From a virus, in IMG/VR virus record IMGVR_UViG_3300014349_000035, positions 1 to 52,113 of that record: a stretch of DNA of 52,113 bases; one strand, given 5' to 3'. The stretch's first letter is position 1; every line of letters begins with the position of its first letter. The translations under genes and the position numbers were made by a program. A model generated the notes under the pieces. It was not told where the DNA came from, made no database searches, and worked only from the letters and a program-made list of their open reading frames with translations. Positions 1-7,619 of the stretch are shown in pieces.

Positions 1-102
1 GCCTGCCGCCGTATCGAAGAAGCCTATCGCCAGCCCCGGCTTTTCGCAGAGCCCGCGCCAAAGCCCGTGCAGACCGCCCTCAACCTGGAGGGCGCGCAAT
101 GA
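1..102 (+). CDS. C-terminal end of the DNA methyltransferase that starts at 51487 (ORF continues across the circular junction; stop TGA 100-102)
   Basis: The frame of 51487 is open to base 52113. The last 24 nt equal the first 24 nt. The same frame continues as ACRRIEEAYRQPRLFAEPAPKPVQTALNLEGAQ*. ATGA overlap with the next gene at 99. Confidence 0.7.
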   Translation, partial: ACRRIEEAYRQPRLFAEPAPKPVQTALNLEGAQ

Positions 103-545
103 CCGCCGCCCGCTTCGCCCATCGCCCGCCGGTCGATCCGTGGGCTCGCCGCTGGCCAGACGACATGGCCCTGCCGCCGGTCGCCTACGAGCGCGACCGC
201 ATCTGCGAAATGACCCGCCGCCGCATCGTCGACCTCTACCGCTACGGCGTCGAGGTCGAGCACCTGGCGGAACGCTTCGGCCGGGACCACGACACCATCC
301 TCAAGGTGTTGCGCGAGGCCGGGGCCATCGTGAAGGGCGCGCGGCCCAAGAAGGCCGTGCGGAACGCTGCGGGCCTGAGCGACGACATCCTCGGCGCGAT
401 GACCGACCAGCCCATGCGCGTGGCCGAGATCGCCGAGCGCACCGGGCGTGACTGCCGGGTGGTCTCCGTCCGCCTCACCGGCCTCAAGGGGCAGGGGCTG
501 GTCGAGAACGTGGGCTGGGGCGTCTGGCGGAAGGTGGCGCGATGA
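99..545 (+). CDS. putative DNA-binding protein (HTH / winged-helix-like segments)
   Basis: 148 aa. Segments IVDLYRYGVEVEHLAERFGRDHDTILKVL and MRVAEIAERTGRDCRVVSVRLTGLKGQGLVE look like HTH/wHTH. 4-nt overlaps with both neighbours. Confidence 0.55.
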   Translation: MTAARFAHRPPVDPWARRWPDDMALPPVAYERDRICEMTRRRIVDLYRYGVEVEHLAERFGRDHDTILKVLREAGAIVKGARPKKAVRNAAGLSDDILGAMTDQPMRVAEIAERTGRDCRVVSVRLTGLKGQGLVENVGWGVWRKVAR

Positions 546-823
546 ACCCGCGAGAGACCTACCTCCTCGACCGCATCGCCCGGAAGGCCGACGAACGCCG
601 GGGCGTCCTCGCCGCGCGCGACGCCGCGCAGAACCACGTCGCCGCCCTGATGCGCGAGATCATCTGCCCGACCGAGCGCCGCCAGATGGCCCGCGAACTC
701 GTCACCGCATCCGTCGCCGTCATGGCCCAGGCATCGGGGCACGTTCCGACCGGGGCGCACCTTCAAAAGCTCGCTGGCGACGTCTTCGCCGCCGGGGAGA
801 TCGTCGCGGGGAGGGAGCGTTGA
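542..823 (+). CDS. hypothetical protein
   Basis: 93-aa ORF with G/C-ending codons, translationally coupled (ATGA at 542, TGATG at 821-825). Confidence 0.5.
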   Translation: MNPRETYLLDRIARKADERRGVLAARDAAQNHVAALMREIICPTERRQMARELVTASVAVMAQASGHVPTGAHLQKLAGDVFAAGEIVAGRER

Positions 824-1179
824 TGCGCGAGCCCGTCCAAGCCACCCAGCGCCGCGCCATGACCGAGGCCCGCCGCCTGCGCATCTACCTCGCCTGCAAT
901 GGCCGGTGCGTCTGTGGCGTGAAGGTTCCTTTGAAGGGAACCGTGATCGACCACCGCATCCCCCTCTGGATGGGCGGGGCCGACGAGGACGCGAACCTGC
1001 GCTTCCTCTGCGCCGACTGCGACAAGCCGAAGACCGCCAAGGACAAAGGCAACATCGCCAAGGTCAAGCGCATCCTCGCCCGCGAGGACGGCACCCGCCG
1101 CCCGCGCAAGCCGATCCGCTCGCGCGGCTTCGACAAGACCAAGACCCGCCGCTTCGACGGGACGGTGGCGCCGCGATGA
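823..1179 (+). CDS. HNH endonuclease
   Basis: 118 aa counted from the ATG at 823. CNGRCVCG ... IDHRIPLWMGGADEDANLRFLCADCDKPKT is an HNH motif flanked by Cys pairs. The longer 448 start is a GC shadow extension. Confidence 0.85.
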   Translation: MREPVQATQRRAMTEARRLRIYLACNGRCVCGVKVPLKGTVIDHRIPLWMGGADEDANLRFLCADCDKPKTAKDKGNIAKVKRILAREDGTRRPRKPIRSRGFDKTKTRRFDGTVAPR

Positions 1180-1370
1180 CCCGCTCCATCCCCGACCTCA
1201 TCGCCGACGCCGTGCTGACCGCCAGCACTGACCAGGAACGCCGCGAACGCGCCTCTGCCTGCGTCGCCTACGGCCTCGGCCTCCTCGCCGCCATGGATGG
1301 CGACAAGGCCGCCGCAGAGACCGGCTACCGCCTCGCCGACGCGCTCGCATCACGGAGCGCAGGGCAATGA
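1176..1370 (+). CDS. hypothetical protein
   Basis: 64 aa from the ATG at 1176, with ATGA coupling on both sides. Confidence 0.45.
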   Translation: MTRSIPDLIADAVLTASTDQERRERASACVAYGLGLLAAMDGDKAAAETGYRLADALASRSAGQ

Positions 1371-2398
1371 CCGACACCCGAGCCAGTGACCTGACCATGA
1401 CCGACAACGACCGAGGCCGCGTTCCCATGATCGAGATCGAGAAAATCTCCACCGCCGGGCGCCTGCGCCAAGCCTCGCCGCGTCAGGTCGAAGCCATCAA
1501 GGCCAGCATCGCCGAGGTCGGGCTGCTCAACCCCATCACCGTCTGCGAGGAGGGCGAAGGTTACGTCCTCGTCGCCGGGCTGCACCGTCTGGAAGCCTGC
1601 CGCGCGCTCGGCTGGACCGGCATCGCCGCCGTCGTCGTGGATCTGAACGAGCAGCGCCGCATCATCGCCGAGTGCGACGAGAACCTGTGCGGCCCGACCT
1701 TGACCGCCAGCGAGCGAGCCGAGTTCACCCGGCGCCGCAAGGAGGCCTACGAGGCGCTTCACCCGGAGACGCGGCACGGCGGCGACAGGCGCGGCGATCA
1801 AGTCGCCAAGTTGGCGACTTGCTCCGAGCCCCAGCGTTTCACCGCCGACACCGCCGCCGCGACTGGCCAGTCCGAGCGGGTCGTGCAACGCGATGCCGAA
1901 CGCGGCGAAAAGGTCTGCGACGCCGCCCTCGCGCTGATCCGTGGAACCCGGCTCGACACCGGCCGGTATCTGGACAGCATCAAGAACCTGCCCGCCGAGG
2001 CCCAAGTCGAGCGCGTTCAGGCCGACCTCGCCGCCGAACCGGCCGCGCCAGCCCCGGCGCCTGAGCCCGTCGCCCCCGTCGACCCTGAGCGCCGCAAGCT
2101 GGCCAAGCTGACCCCCGAGGCCATGATTGACGAGATCATCGGCCTGCGCGCGGACCTCAACGACGAGAAGGCGAAGGCCATGCTCCTGCGCCGGGAGCGC
2201 GACGATCTCGCCACCAGACTTGCCGAGGCCCTCGCCGGAGACCAGGGCAAGACCATCGGCTCCCTGCAAGCCCAGCTCCGCGCCGCCAAGTTCGCCCGCG
2301 ACGAAGCCCTCGCGGCCACGAAGCGCATGGAGCACCGGCTCAAGAAGGCCGAGGCCCGCGTCAAGGAACTCGAGAACATGGAGGTCGTGATCGCATGA
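1367..2398 (+). CDS. ParB-like N-terminal (nuclease/CTPase fold) domain protein with coiled-coil C-terminus
   Basis: IEIEKIS ... RQVEAIKASIAEVGLLNPITV ... YVLVAGLHRLEACRALGW matches the ParB/Srx N-domain pattern. The C-terminal half is Ala/Glu/Lys-rich helical sequence. Confidence 0.8.
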   Translation: MTDTRASDLTMTDNDRGRVPMIEIEKISTAGRLRQASPRQVEAIKASIAEVGLLNPITVCEEGEGYVLVAGLHRLEACRALGWTGIAAVVVDLNEQRRIIAECDENLCGPTLTASERAEFTRRRKEAYEALHPETRHGGDRRGDQVAKLATCSEPQRFTADTAAATGQSERVVQRDAERGEKVCDAALALIRGTRLDTGRYLDSIKNLPAEAQVERVQADLAAEPAAPAPAPEPVAPVDPERRKLAKLTPEAMIDEIIGLRADLNDEKAKAMLLRRERDDLATRLAEALAGDQGKTIGSLQAQLRAAKFARDEALAATKRMEHRLKKAEARVKELENMEVVIA

Positions 2399-2646
2399 GC
2401 CTCCTCGCCCGCATCGAGGCCAACGGCGGCGCGGTGATCCGCGACGAATGGCGCTTCAGCCTGCGCCGGGGCCGTCTGTCGACCGACGCTCTGGCGTGGC
2501 TGCGCGCTCGCTGGCCGGACGCCTGCCGCGAGGCGTGGCCGCTCTACGACGACTTCGAGGAGCGCGCCGCGATCATGGAGTTCGAGGCGAACATGCCGCG
2601 CGCCGACGCCGAGCGCGCCGCATATCAGGAGGTCGCCGGATGCTGA
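2395..2646 (+). CDS. hypothetical protein
   Basis: 83-aa ORF, ATGA-coupled to ParB-like gene, overlaps the helicase start by 7 nt. Confidence 0.5.
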   Translation: MSLLARIEANGGAVIRDEWRFSLRRGRLSTDALAWLRARWPDACREAWPLYDDFEERAAIMEFEANMPRADAERAAYQEVAGC

Positions 2647-5162
2647 CCTTCGCCGAGCCCAAGGAAATCCGCCTTCGCGACTACCAAGCCGACGCGATCG
2701 ACGCGCTGCGCCAGAAGATCAGGGCCGGAAGCCGTCGCCTGATCCTTTGCGCCGGCACCGGGGCAGGCAAGACGCTGACATCGGCGTCCCTGCTGCGCGA
2801 GGCCGACCGCAAGGGCTCGTTCGCCCTGTTCATCGTCGACCGCGTGGCCCTGGTCGAGCAGACCAGCGAGGTTTTCAGCGAATACGGCATCCGCCACGGC
2901 GTCATTCAGGGCATCCACAAGCGGTGGGCGCCGCGCGAGAACGTGCAGGTCTGCTCGGCGCAGACGCTGGCCCGGCGCGGTCTCCTGCGCGAGCCCGACC
3001 TGATCGTCGTTGACGAGGCCCATTGCTTCTACAAGGCGACCCTCGACCTCATGGAACGCTACCCGCGCGCCGTGAAGATCGGGCTCACGGCCACCCCGTT
3101 CACGAAGGGCATGGGCCTGCACTGGGATGACATGGTGAACGTCATCCCGACCCGCCGCCTGATCGACGAGGGCTATCTGGTCGAGCCGAAGATCTACGTC
3201 GCCAAGAGCCCGGGCGACGAGGAGTTCACCCGCAACAGCTTCGGCGAGTTCAGCGACGAAAGCGCCGCGTCCGCCGGGATCAAAATCGTCGGCGACGTGG
3301 TGCAGGAGTGGATCGCCAAGACGCACGAGCACTTCGGCGGGCCGGTGAAGACCATCGTGTTCAGCCCGACCGTGGAGCATGGCCGCGAGCTGTGCGCCGC
3401 ATTCGCCGCGGCGGGCTACAATTTCCAGCAGATCAGCTACCTGGACCGTGACGACGACGAGCGCCTCGCCAAGATCGGCGAGTTTCGGCGCCCCGACAGC
3501 ATGATCCACGGTCTGGTCTCGTGCGGCGTGCTCACCAAGGGGTTCGACGTCCCCGACGTTCGCTGCATCGCCGAGGGAAGCCTCGTTCTTACGGACAAAG
3601 GCCTCGTGCCAATTGAAAGTGTTACCCTTGGACACAGGTTGTGGGACGGTATAGAATTCGTTGAACATCAAGGAGTTGTGTTCAAGGGATATCGCGATGT
3701 CATCGAATACGCAGGGCTCACCGCAACGCCCGACCACGAAGTCCACACAGCGCAAGGCTGGCGGACCCTTGGGGATTGCGCCGCCGAACAAGTCGGCATC
3801 ACACAGACCGGATTTGGTCGGCGGCCTGTTCGGTCGGATGCAGGTTACTTCGCCAGAGGTAGTCTGGAGAAAGCGGGGGCGGTGGGACCACGCTCACGTC
3901 CGCTGCCGCTGCACTGGCTGTGGCCGCGAGTTTGTGCGCGACTTGGCCAAACTGCAGGCCGATCCGCCCATTCAAGGGTGTCGGCAATGCTACCTGAACG
4001 CCGCTGCGGAGGCGCGCGCGGAACGGGCGCCGGAATGGCTGGTGCGGCGCGCGAAGGGCATGAAGGCGCGTTGCGACAACCCCTCTCACGTCGCCTTCCC
4101 GGACTACGGAGCGCGTGGGATCGAGTTTCGGTTTTCCTCGGCTCGAGCCTGCGCGGAATGGGTGCAGGCCAACCTCGGCTTGCCGTCGCAGGACCGGAAC
4201 ATTCAGTTGGACCGCATCAACAACGACGGTCACTACGAGCCCGGCAATCTGCGTTGGGCGTCCAAGGCGCTCAACTGCAACAACACGCGCCGTGGTGGGT
4301 GGGTGGCCAAGATGCACCGCTTCAGGATGGAGCATCCCGAGGTGCACTACGCCGACAAGACGCTCCGAAACCTCTTCGCGGCGGGCCTGACCTTCAAGCA
4401 GGTGGAGGAGAGATTCTACCAGCCGTCGGACAAGCCAAAAGGCCGGTATGGGACATTCTCCAAGCCGGACCCCGCAATCGCTTCACTTGCGAAGGACTCC
4501 TAGTTCACAACTGCGGAGTTTCCTGCAAGCCCTACCGCAAGAGCCTGTCCAGCCACATGCAGGAGATCGGGCGCGTGATGCGGCCCATCCCGGGTGAGCA
4601 GAAGACCGCGCTCTGGCTTGACCACAGCGGTAACATCGAACGCTTCGCCGTCGACATGTTCGACGTCTGGGAGAACGGCGCGGGCGAACTGGACAAGGCC
4701 GAGAAGCGCGACAGCACCCCGCGCGAGCGAAGCCAGCAGGTCCGCGAGAAGGTGGTCTGTCCCGAGTGCGCCGGCGCCCTGCGCGGCAACACCTGCATGG
4801 CCTGTGGCTGGGAACGCCCGCCGAGGTCCAACATCCACGCTGTCGAGGGCGAGCTTCGCGAGTTCGATCCGGCCGCGCTCGGCATGACGCCCCGCGCCGG
4901 GCTGCGGGCCGAGTGCCTCAAGGATCCCCGGGCCGTCTACAACGCCTGCGTCTACTACGCGATCGCCAACTGCCGCGACGGCGACTGCGACAAGTCCCGC
5001 AAGCGCGCGTTCGCGATCTGGTGCGGCATCTACCCCGGCGTGAAGGCGCGTCCCGGCTGGTATGGGATGCGACCGACCGCCCCGAGCGCCGACGCGCTGG
5101 CCCTGATCGAGCGGGAGGTCGCCCGCTTCCGCAAGCACAGCCGTATGCGGAGGGCCGCGTGA
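2640..5162 (+). CDS. SF2 (DEAH-type) DNA helicase precursor containing an intein
   Basis: ATG at 2640 preceded by AGGAGG. Motif I CAGTGAGKT, motif II VVDEAH, motif III LTATP, motif VI QEIGRVMR, C-terminal Cys4 ribbon CPECAG..CMACG. Interrupted at 3564-4511. Confidence 0.9.
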   Translation: MLTFAEPKEIRLRDYQADAIDALRQKIRAGSRRLILCAGTGAGKTLTSASLLREADRKGSFALFIVDRVALVEQTSEVFSEYGIRHGVIQGIHKRWAPRENVQVCSAQTLARRGLLREPDLIVVDEAHCFYKATLDLMERYPRAVKIGLTATPFTKGMGLHWDDMVNVIPTRRLIDEGYLVEPKIYVAKSPGDEEFTRNSFGEFSDESAASAGIKIVGDVVQEWIAKTHEHFGGPVKTIVFSPTVEHGRELCAAFAAAGYNFQQISYLDRDDDERLAKIGEFRRPDSMIHGLVSCGVLTKGFDVPDVRCIAEGSLVLTDKGLVPIESVTLGHRLWDGIEFVEHQGVVFKGYRDVIEYAGLTATPDHEVHTAQGWRTLGDCAAEQVGITQTGFGRRPVRSDAGYFARGSLEKAGAVGPRSRPLPLHWLWPRVCARLGQTAGRSAHSRVSAMLPERRCGGARGTGAGMAGAAREGHEGALRQPLSRRLPGLRSAWDRVSVFLGSSLRGMGAGQPRLAVAGPEHSVGPHQQRRSLRARQSALGVQGAQLQQHAPWWVGGQDAPLQDGASRGALRRQDAPKPLRGGPDLQAGGGEILPAVGQAKRPVWDILQAGPRNRFTCEGLLVHNCGVSCKPYRKSLSSHMQEIGRVMRPIPGEQKTALWLDHSGNIERFAVDMFDVWENGAGELDKAEKRDSTPRERSQQVREKVVCPECAGALRGNTCMACGWERPPRSNIHAVEGELREFDPAALGMTPRAGLRAECLKDPRAVYNACVYYAIANCRDGDCDKSRKRAFAIWCGIYPGVKARPGWYGMRPTAPSADALALIEREVARFRKHSRMRRAA
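3564..4511 (+). mobile_element. intein (316 codons) inserted between helicase motifs V and VI
   Basis: Block A CIAEGSLVLTDKG. Block B LTATPDHEVHT. Blocks F/G VWDILQAGPRNRFTCEGLLVHN, followed by Cys+1 at 4512. Length is a multiple of 3. The first ~150 nt have A/T-ending codons, unlike the flanks. Confidence 0.85.
3838..4503 (+). CDS. HNH-type homing-endonuclease-like protein, nested inside the intein in the +1 frame
   Basis: 221 aa from the ATG at 3838; the ORF is open from 3661. CRCTGCG..CRQC Cys cluster, WLVRRAKGMKARCDNPSHVAFPDYGARGIEF, LDRINNDGHYEPGNLRWASKALNCNN (HNH-like). Third-codon positions are G/C-rich in this frame, not in the intein frame. Confidence 0.6.
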   Translation: MQVTSPEVVWRKRGRWDHAHVRCRCTGCGREFVRDLAKLQADPPIQGCRQCYLNAAAEARAERAPEWLVRRAKGMKARCDNPSHVAFPDYGARGIEFRFSSARACAEWVQANLGLPSQDRNIQLDRINNDGHYEPGNLRWASKALNCNNTRRGGWVAKMHRFRMEHPEVHYADKTLRNLFAAGLTFKQVEERFYQPSDKPKGRYGTFSKPDPAIASLAKDS

Positions 5163-6082
5163 CCGCCGACACCCTCGCCGACGCCCTGCGCGAAGCCTGC
5201 GCCGCCGTGGGCATCGAGCCCCCGAAGCGCCGCCTCGTGCCGGGCCAGTGGGTGCGCACCGACACGCACGGCCGCAACGGCAAGGACGATGCCGCCGTGC
5301 TGATCTTCGACGACGGCAGGGGCGGCATCGCCTGGAACCATCAGACCGGCCGCAACCAGAGGTTCACGATGACGGCCGCCGGCGAGCTTCGCCGCGACCC
5401 CGAGGCCGAGCGCCGCGCCCGCCAGCGGGACGCCGAGCGGCTGGCCCAGCAGCGCGAGGTCGAGCGCATCTGCGCCGAGATCGTGCGCGGCTGCGACACC
5501 GGCAAGCATCCCTACCTCGAGCGCAAGGGCTTCCCCGACCAGCTCGGCCTGATCTGCGAGGATCCGACCATCCACTTCCCGTCCACGCGGTTCGGCGATG
5601 CGCTGGCGAAGGCGCTTCCGGGCGAGGGTCCGTTCCTCGTGATCCCGGGTCGGGTTGGCCAGACCATCACCACGGTCCAGTTCATCACCGCTGACGGGGC
5701 CAAGAAGAACATTCTCCGCGGCCACATGACCGGCGCCTCGCACAGGATCGCCACAGGGGCGCAGACGTGGGTTTGCGAGGGCATCGCCACCGCCATGAGC
5801 GTGAGGGCCGCCCTGCGCCTTCTGGGGGCCTCTGCGACGGTCTTGTGCGCCTTCAGCGCCTCCAACGTCGAGAAGGTCGCTACGGCCATCCCCGGCGCGC
5901 GCATCGCGGCCGATCACGATGCCCCGAACGAACACCTGGAGGGCAAGGGCGCCGGCGAGTTCTACGCCCGCCGCTCGGGCCGCAAGTGGGTGATGCCTCC
6001 GGGTATCGGCGACTTCAACGACTATTACCAGGCCGAGGGCCTCCGGGCCGTGGCGCTGCTGCTGAGGGAGGCGCTGGGATGA
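5159..6082 (+). CDS. toprim-domain DNA primase-like protein
   Basis: GTG at 5159 overlaps the helicase stop (GTGA). HPYLERKGF motif, then WVCEGIATAMS ... IAADHD (toprim-like E ... DxD). 307 aa. Confidence 0.75.
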   Translation: MTADTLADALREACAAVGIEPPKRRLVPGQWVRTDTHGRNGKDDAAVLIFDDGRGGIAWNHQTGRNQRFTMTAAGELRRDPEAERRARQRDAERLAQQREVERICAEIVRGCDTGKHPYLERKGFPDQLGLICEDPTIHFPSTRFGDALAKALPGEGPFLVIPGRVGQTITTVQFITADGAKKNILRGHMTGASHRIATGAQTWVCEGIATAMSVRAALRLLGASATVLCAFSASNVEKVATAIPGARIAADHDAPNEHLEGKGAGEFYARRSGRKWVMPPGIGDFNDYYQAEGLRAVALLLREALG

Positions 6083-6090
6083 ACACGAGA

Positions 6091-6115
6091 CCCCGCGCTC
6101 AGGAGATACGCGGGG
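6091..6115 (+). terminator. GC hairpin just after the primase stop (no U-tract)
   Basis: CCCCGCG-11 nt loop-CGCGGGG. Confidence 0.35.
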
Positions 6116-6435
6116 CCGGTCTGACGGACGGTTTTAAGACAGTGGCGTCAGATGCAGGAAGCCTACCACGGGGCGGGACCACAGGCGAAGCGCAGTCCGA
6201 AAGAGAGAAGCGCGGTCCCCGGCACAGTGACCAAGGTGTCGCAAGTAGCTCTCGACGAGGCGGGGACGTCACTCCACCGGCTCGGCCCAAGGCGGCGGCT
6301 CGGCTCGGCCAGCAAGATCGCAATGGGATCGGACCGGCTCTGGCGCTGAAAAGCGCCGGGGCTGGTCGTCCTATGCCCGGACAGCAACTCTCTCATCCAG
6401 CAAATACAAGAGCTTAGAGAAGAAGGTTAAGAACA

Positions 6436-7431
6436 GTGCAGGCCGCTGAAACGATCAACCGCCAGCGAGGCGACCCGATGACCACCGCCACCCTGACCCG
6501 CCCCGACGTCATCGGCCCGGCGTTCCGGGAGATCGGCCTGATGCTGCGGTCGCCGGCGTTCGTCCGGCTGGCCGTGGCCGACGTCAAGCGCCGGCGCCGC
6601 ATCGCCGAGCAGCGCCGGGCCGCCCGTCTGTCGCAGCATGACCCCGCGCCGAACACGGCGATCCGACGCGACCTGCGCAAGTTGGCCGACCAGGAGCGCG
6701 CGCTGGCCGACGCCCGCGAGGCCAAGAACCGCAAGGCCGTCTCGGCGGCGCTGTCGGAGATCCACCGCCTCAAGGCCCGCATCGAGACCGAGCGAACCCG
6801 CCAGCTCAACGTCGCATGGGCGGGGCGCGCGGTCGCCGAGTCCGCTGCCCTCGCGCTTGCCCGGGGCGAACAGGTCGAGGACGAGGAAGTCGAGACCCAC
6901 GACTGGAAGCGGGGCAAGCACGGCGAGATCAAGCGGCGCAAGGGCGTCCCGCAGCTGATCACCGAGCGGGCGATCGTCAAGCGGGTCCAGAGCCGCACGG
7001 GGCTCGAGCTCGCCTTCCGCCGGGGTGATCTCGACGGCGCCGGCGTCCGCGCCGAGGCCCTGCTGCACATCGGGACCATCTACCGCGAGGCCTGGATCAC
7101 GGCGAACGCCCAGCGCGGGCCGGTGCGGGAGGAGGGCGTGCCGTCGTCGCCGCGGTGCAAGGCCAGCCTCGGCCCGGCGGAAGCGATCTTCGAGGCGCAG
7201 CAGACCCTACTCCGTCTGCGCGAGGGCCGCGTGCGGGGCGAGGACGGCAAGCTGCGGCGCATGGAGGGCGCGTGGATGACCCGCCGGCAGATCGCCATTC
7301 TGGACGCCGTGTGCGGGCAGGACATGGCCCTCGGCGCGGCTGCCAAGGCGCTGCGGATGGGCTACCCGGCGCTGCGTCGGGGCCTCAAGGCCGGGCTTGT
7401 GGTGGCCTGGGAAAACAGGGGGATCGGATGA
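6436..7431 (+). CDS. hypothetical protein with C-terminal HTH-like segment (possible regulator)
   Basis: 331-aa ORF from the GTG at 6436; an alternative ATG at 6478 is preceded by GCGAGG. Coiled-coil middle. C-terminal RRQIAILDAVCGQDMALGAAAKALRMGYPALRRGLKAG resembles a LuxR/sigma-r4 type HTH. Confidence 0.6.
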   Translation: MQAAETINRQRGDPMTTATLTRPDVIGPAFREIGLMLRSPAFVRLAVADVKRRRRIAEQRRAARLSQHDPAPNTAIRRDLRKLADQERALADAREAKNRKAVSAALSEIHRLKARIETERTRQLNVAWAGRAVAESAALALARGEQVEDEEVETHDWKRGKHGEIKRRKGVPQLITERAIVKRVQSRTGLELAFRRGDLDGAGVRAEALLHIGTIYREAWITANAQRGPVREEGVPSSPRCKASLGPAEAIFEAQQTLLRLREGRVRGEDGKLRRMEGAWMTRRQIAILDAVCGQDMALGAAAKALRMGYPALRRGLKAGLVVAWENRGIG

Positions 7432-7619
7432 CCCGCAAGTGCGAGAACTGCCAGTGGTGGGTTTTCCCATCCCATGACGGCTACGGAGAGATCGGCCAGT
7501 GTCGGGGCTCGATCCCCAAGCAGCCGAATGACGGCAAGATGGGCGTCTGGCCGCTGACCTACGGCTCCTCGTGGTGCGGTTCCTTTCGCCTTCGTGAAGG
7601 GCTGGAGACTGCCGAATGA
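7428..7619 (+). CDS. small Cys-rich protein
   Basis: 63 aa from the ATG at 7428 (ATGA coupling). CENCQWW ... GQCRG ... WCG. Confidence 0.5.
   Translation: MTRKCENCQWWVFPSHDGYGEIGQCRGSIPKQPNDGKMGVWPLTYGSSWCGSFRLREGLETAE

Noticed and set aside
823-1179. The HNH endonuclease as the terminase-associated HNH of cos-type HK97-like phages.
   Set aside because: Such HNH genes are normally adjacent to terS/terL. This one lies ~7.8 kb upstream, in the replication module, so the link is unsupported. It is annotated simply as an HNH endonuclease.
2448-2639. N-terminal extensions offered by the ORF track. These are helicase from 2448, HNH from 448, primase from 4766, portal from 10820, spanin from 38820 and integrase from 41932.
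   Set aside because: The extensions overlap the preceding gene in another frame and are low-complexity. Internal starts with RBS-like sequences or ATGA/GTGA coupling give proteins that begin where family similarity begins.
3830-4400. Reading the intein-frame (frame 0) translation of the intein core as the endonuclease domain.
   Set aside because: Frame 0 gives only Arg/Gly/Ala-rich shadow sequence here. Codon third-position G/C bias and all recognisable motifs (Cys cluster, HNH-like block) follow the +1 frame.
6152-6349. 65-aa + strand ORF (and the 74/77-aa minus-strand ORFs) inside the 6083-6435 spacer.
   Set aside because: There is no Shine-Dalgarno sequence or coupling to neighbours. The text is basic and low-complexity, and the ORFs are interrupted by hairpins and direct repeats. 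I treated the region as non-coding, but with modest certainty, because third positions of the + ORF are fairly G/C-rich.
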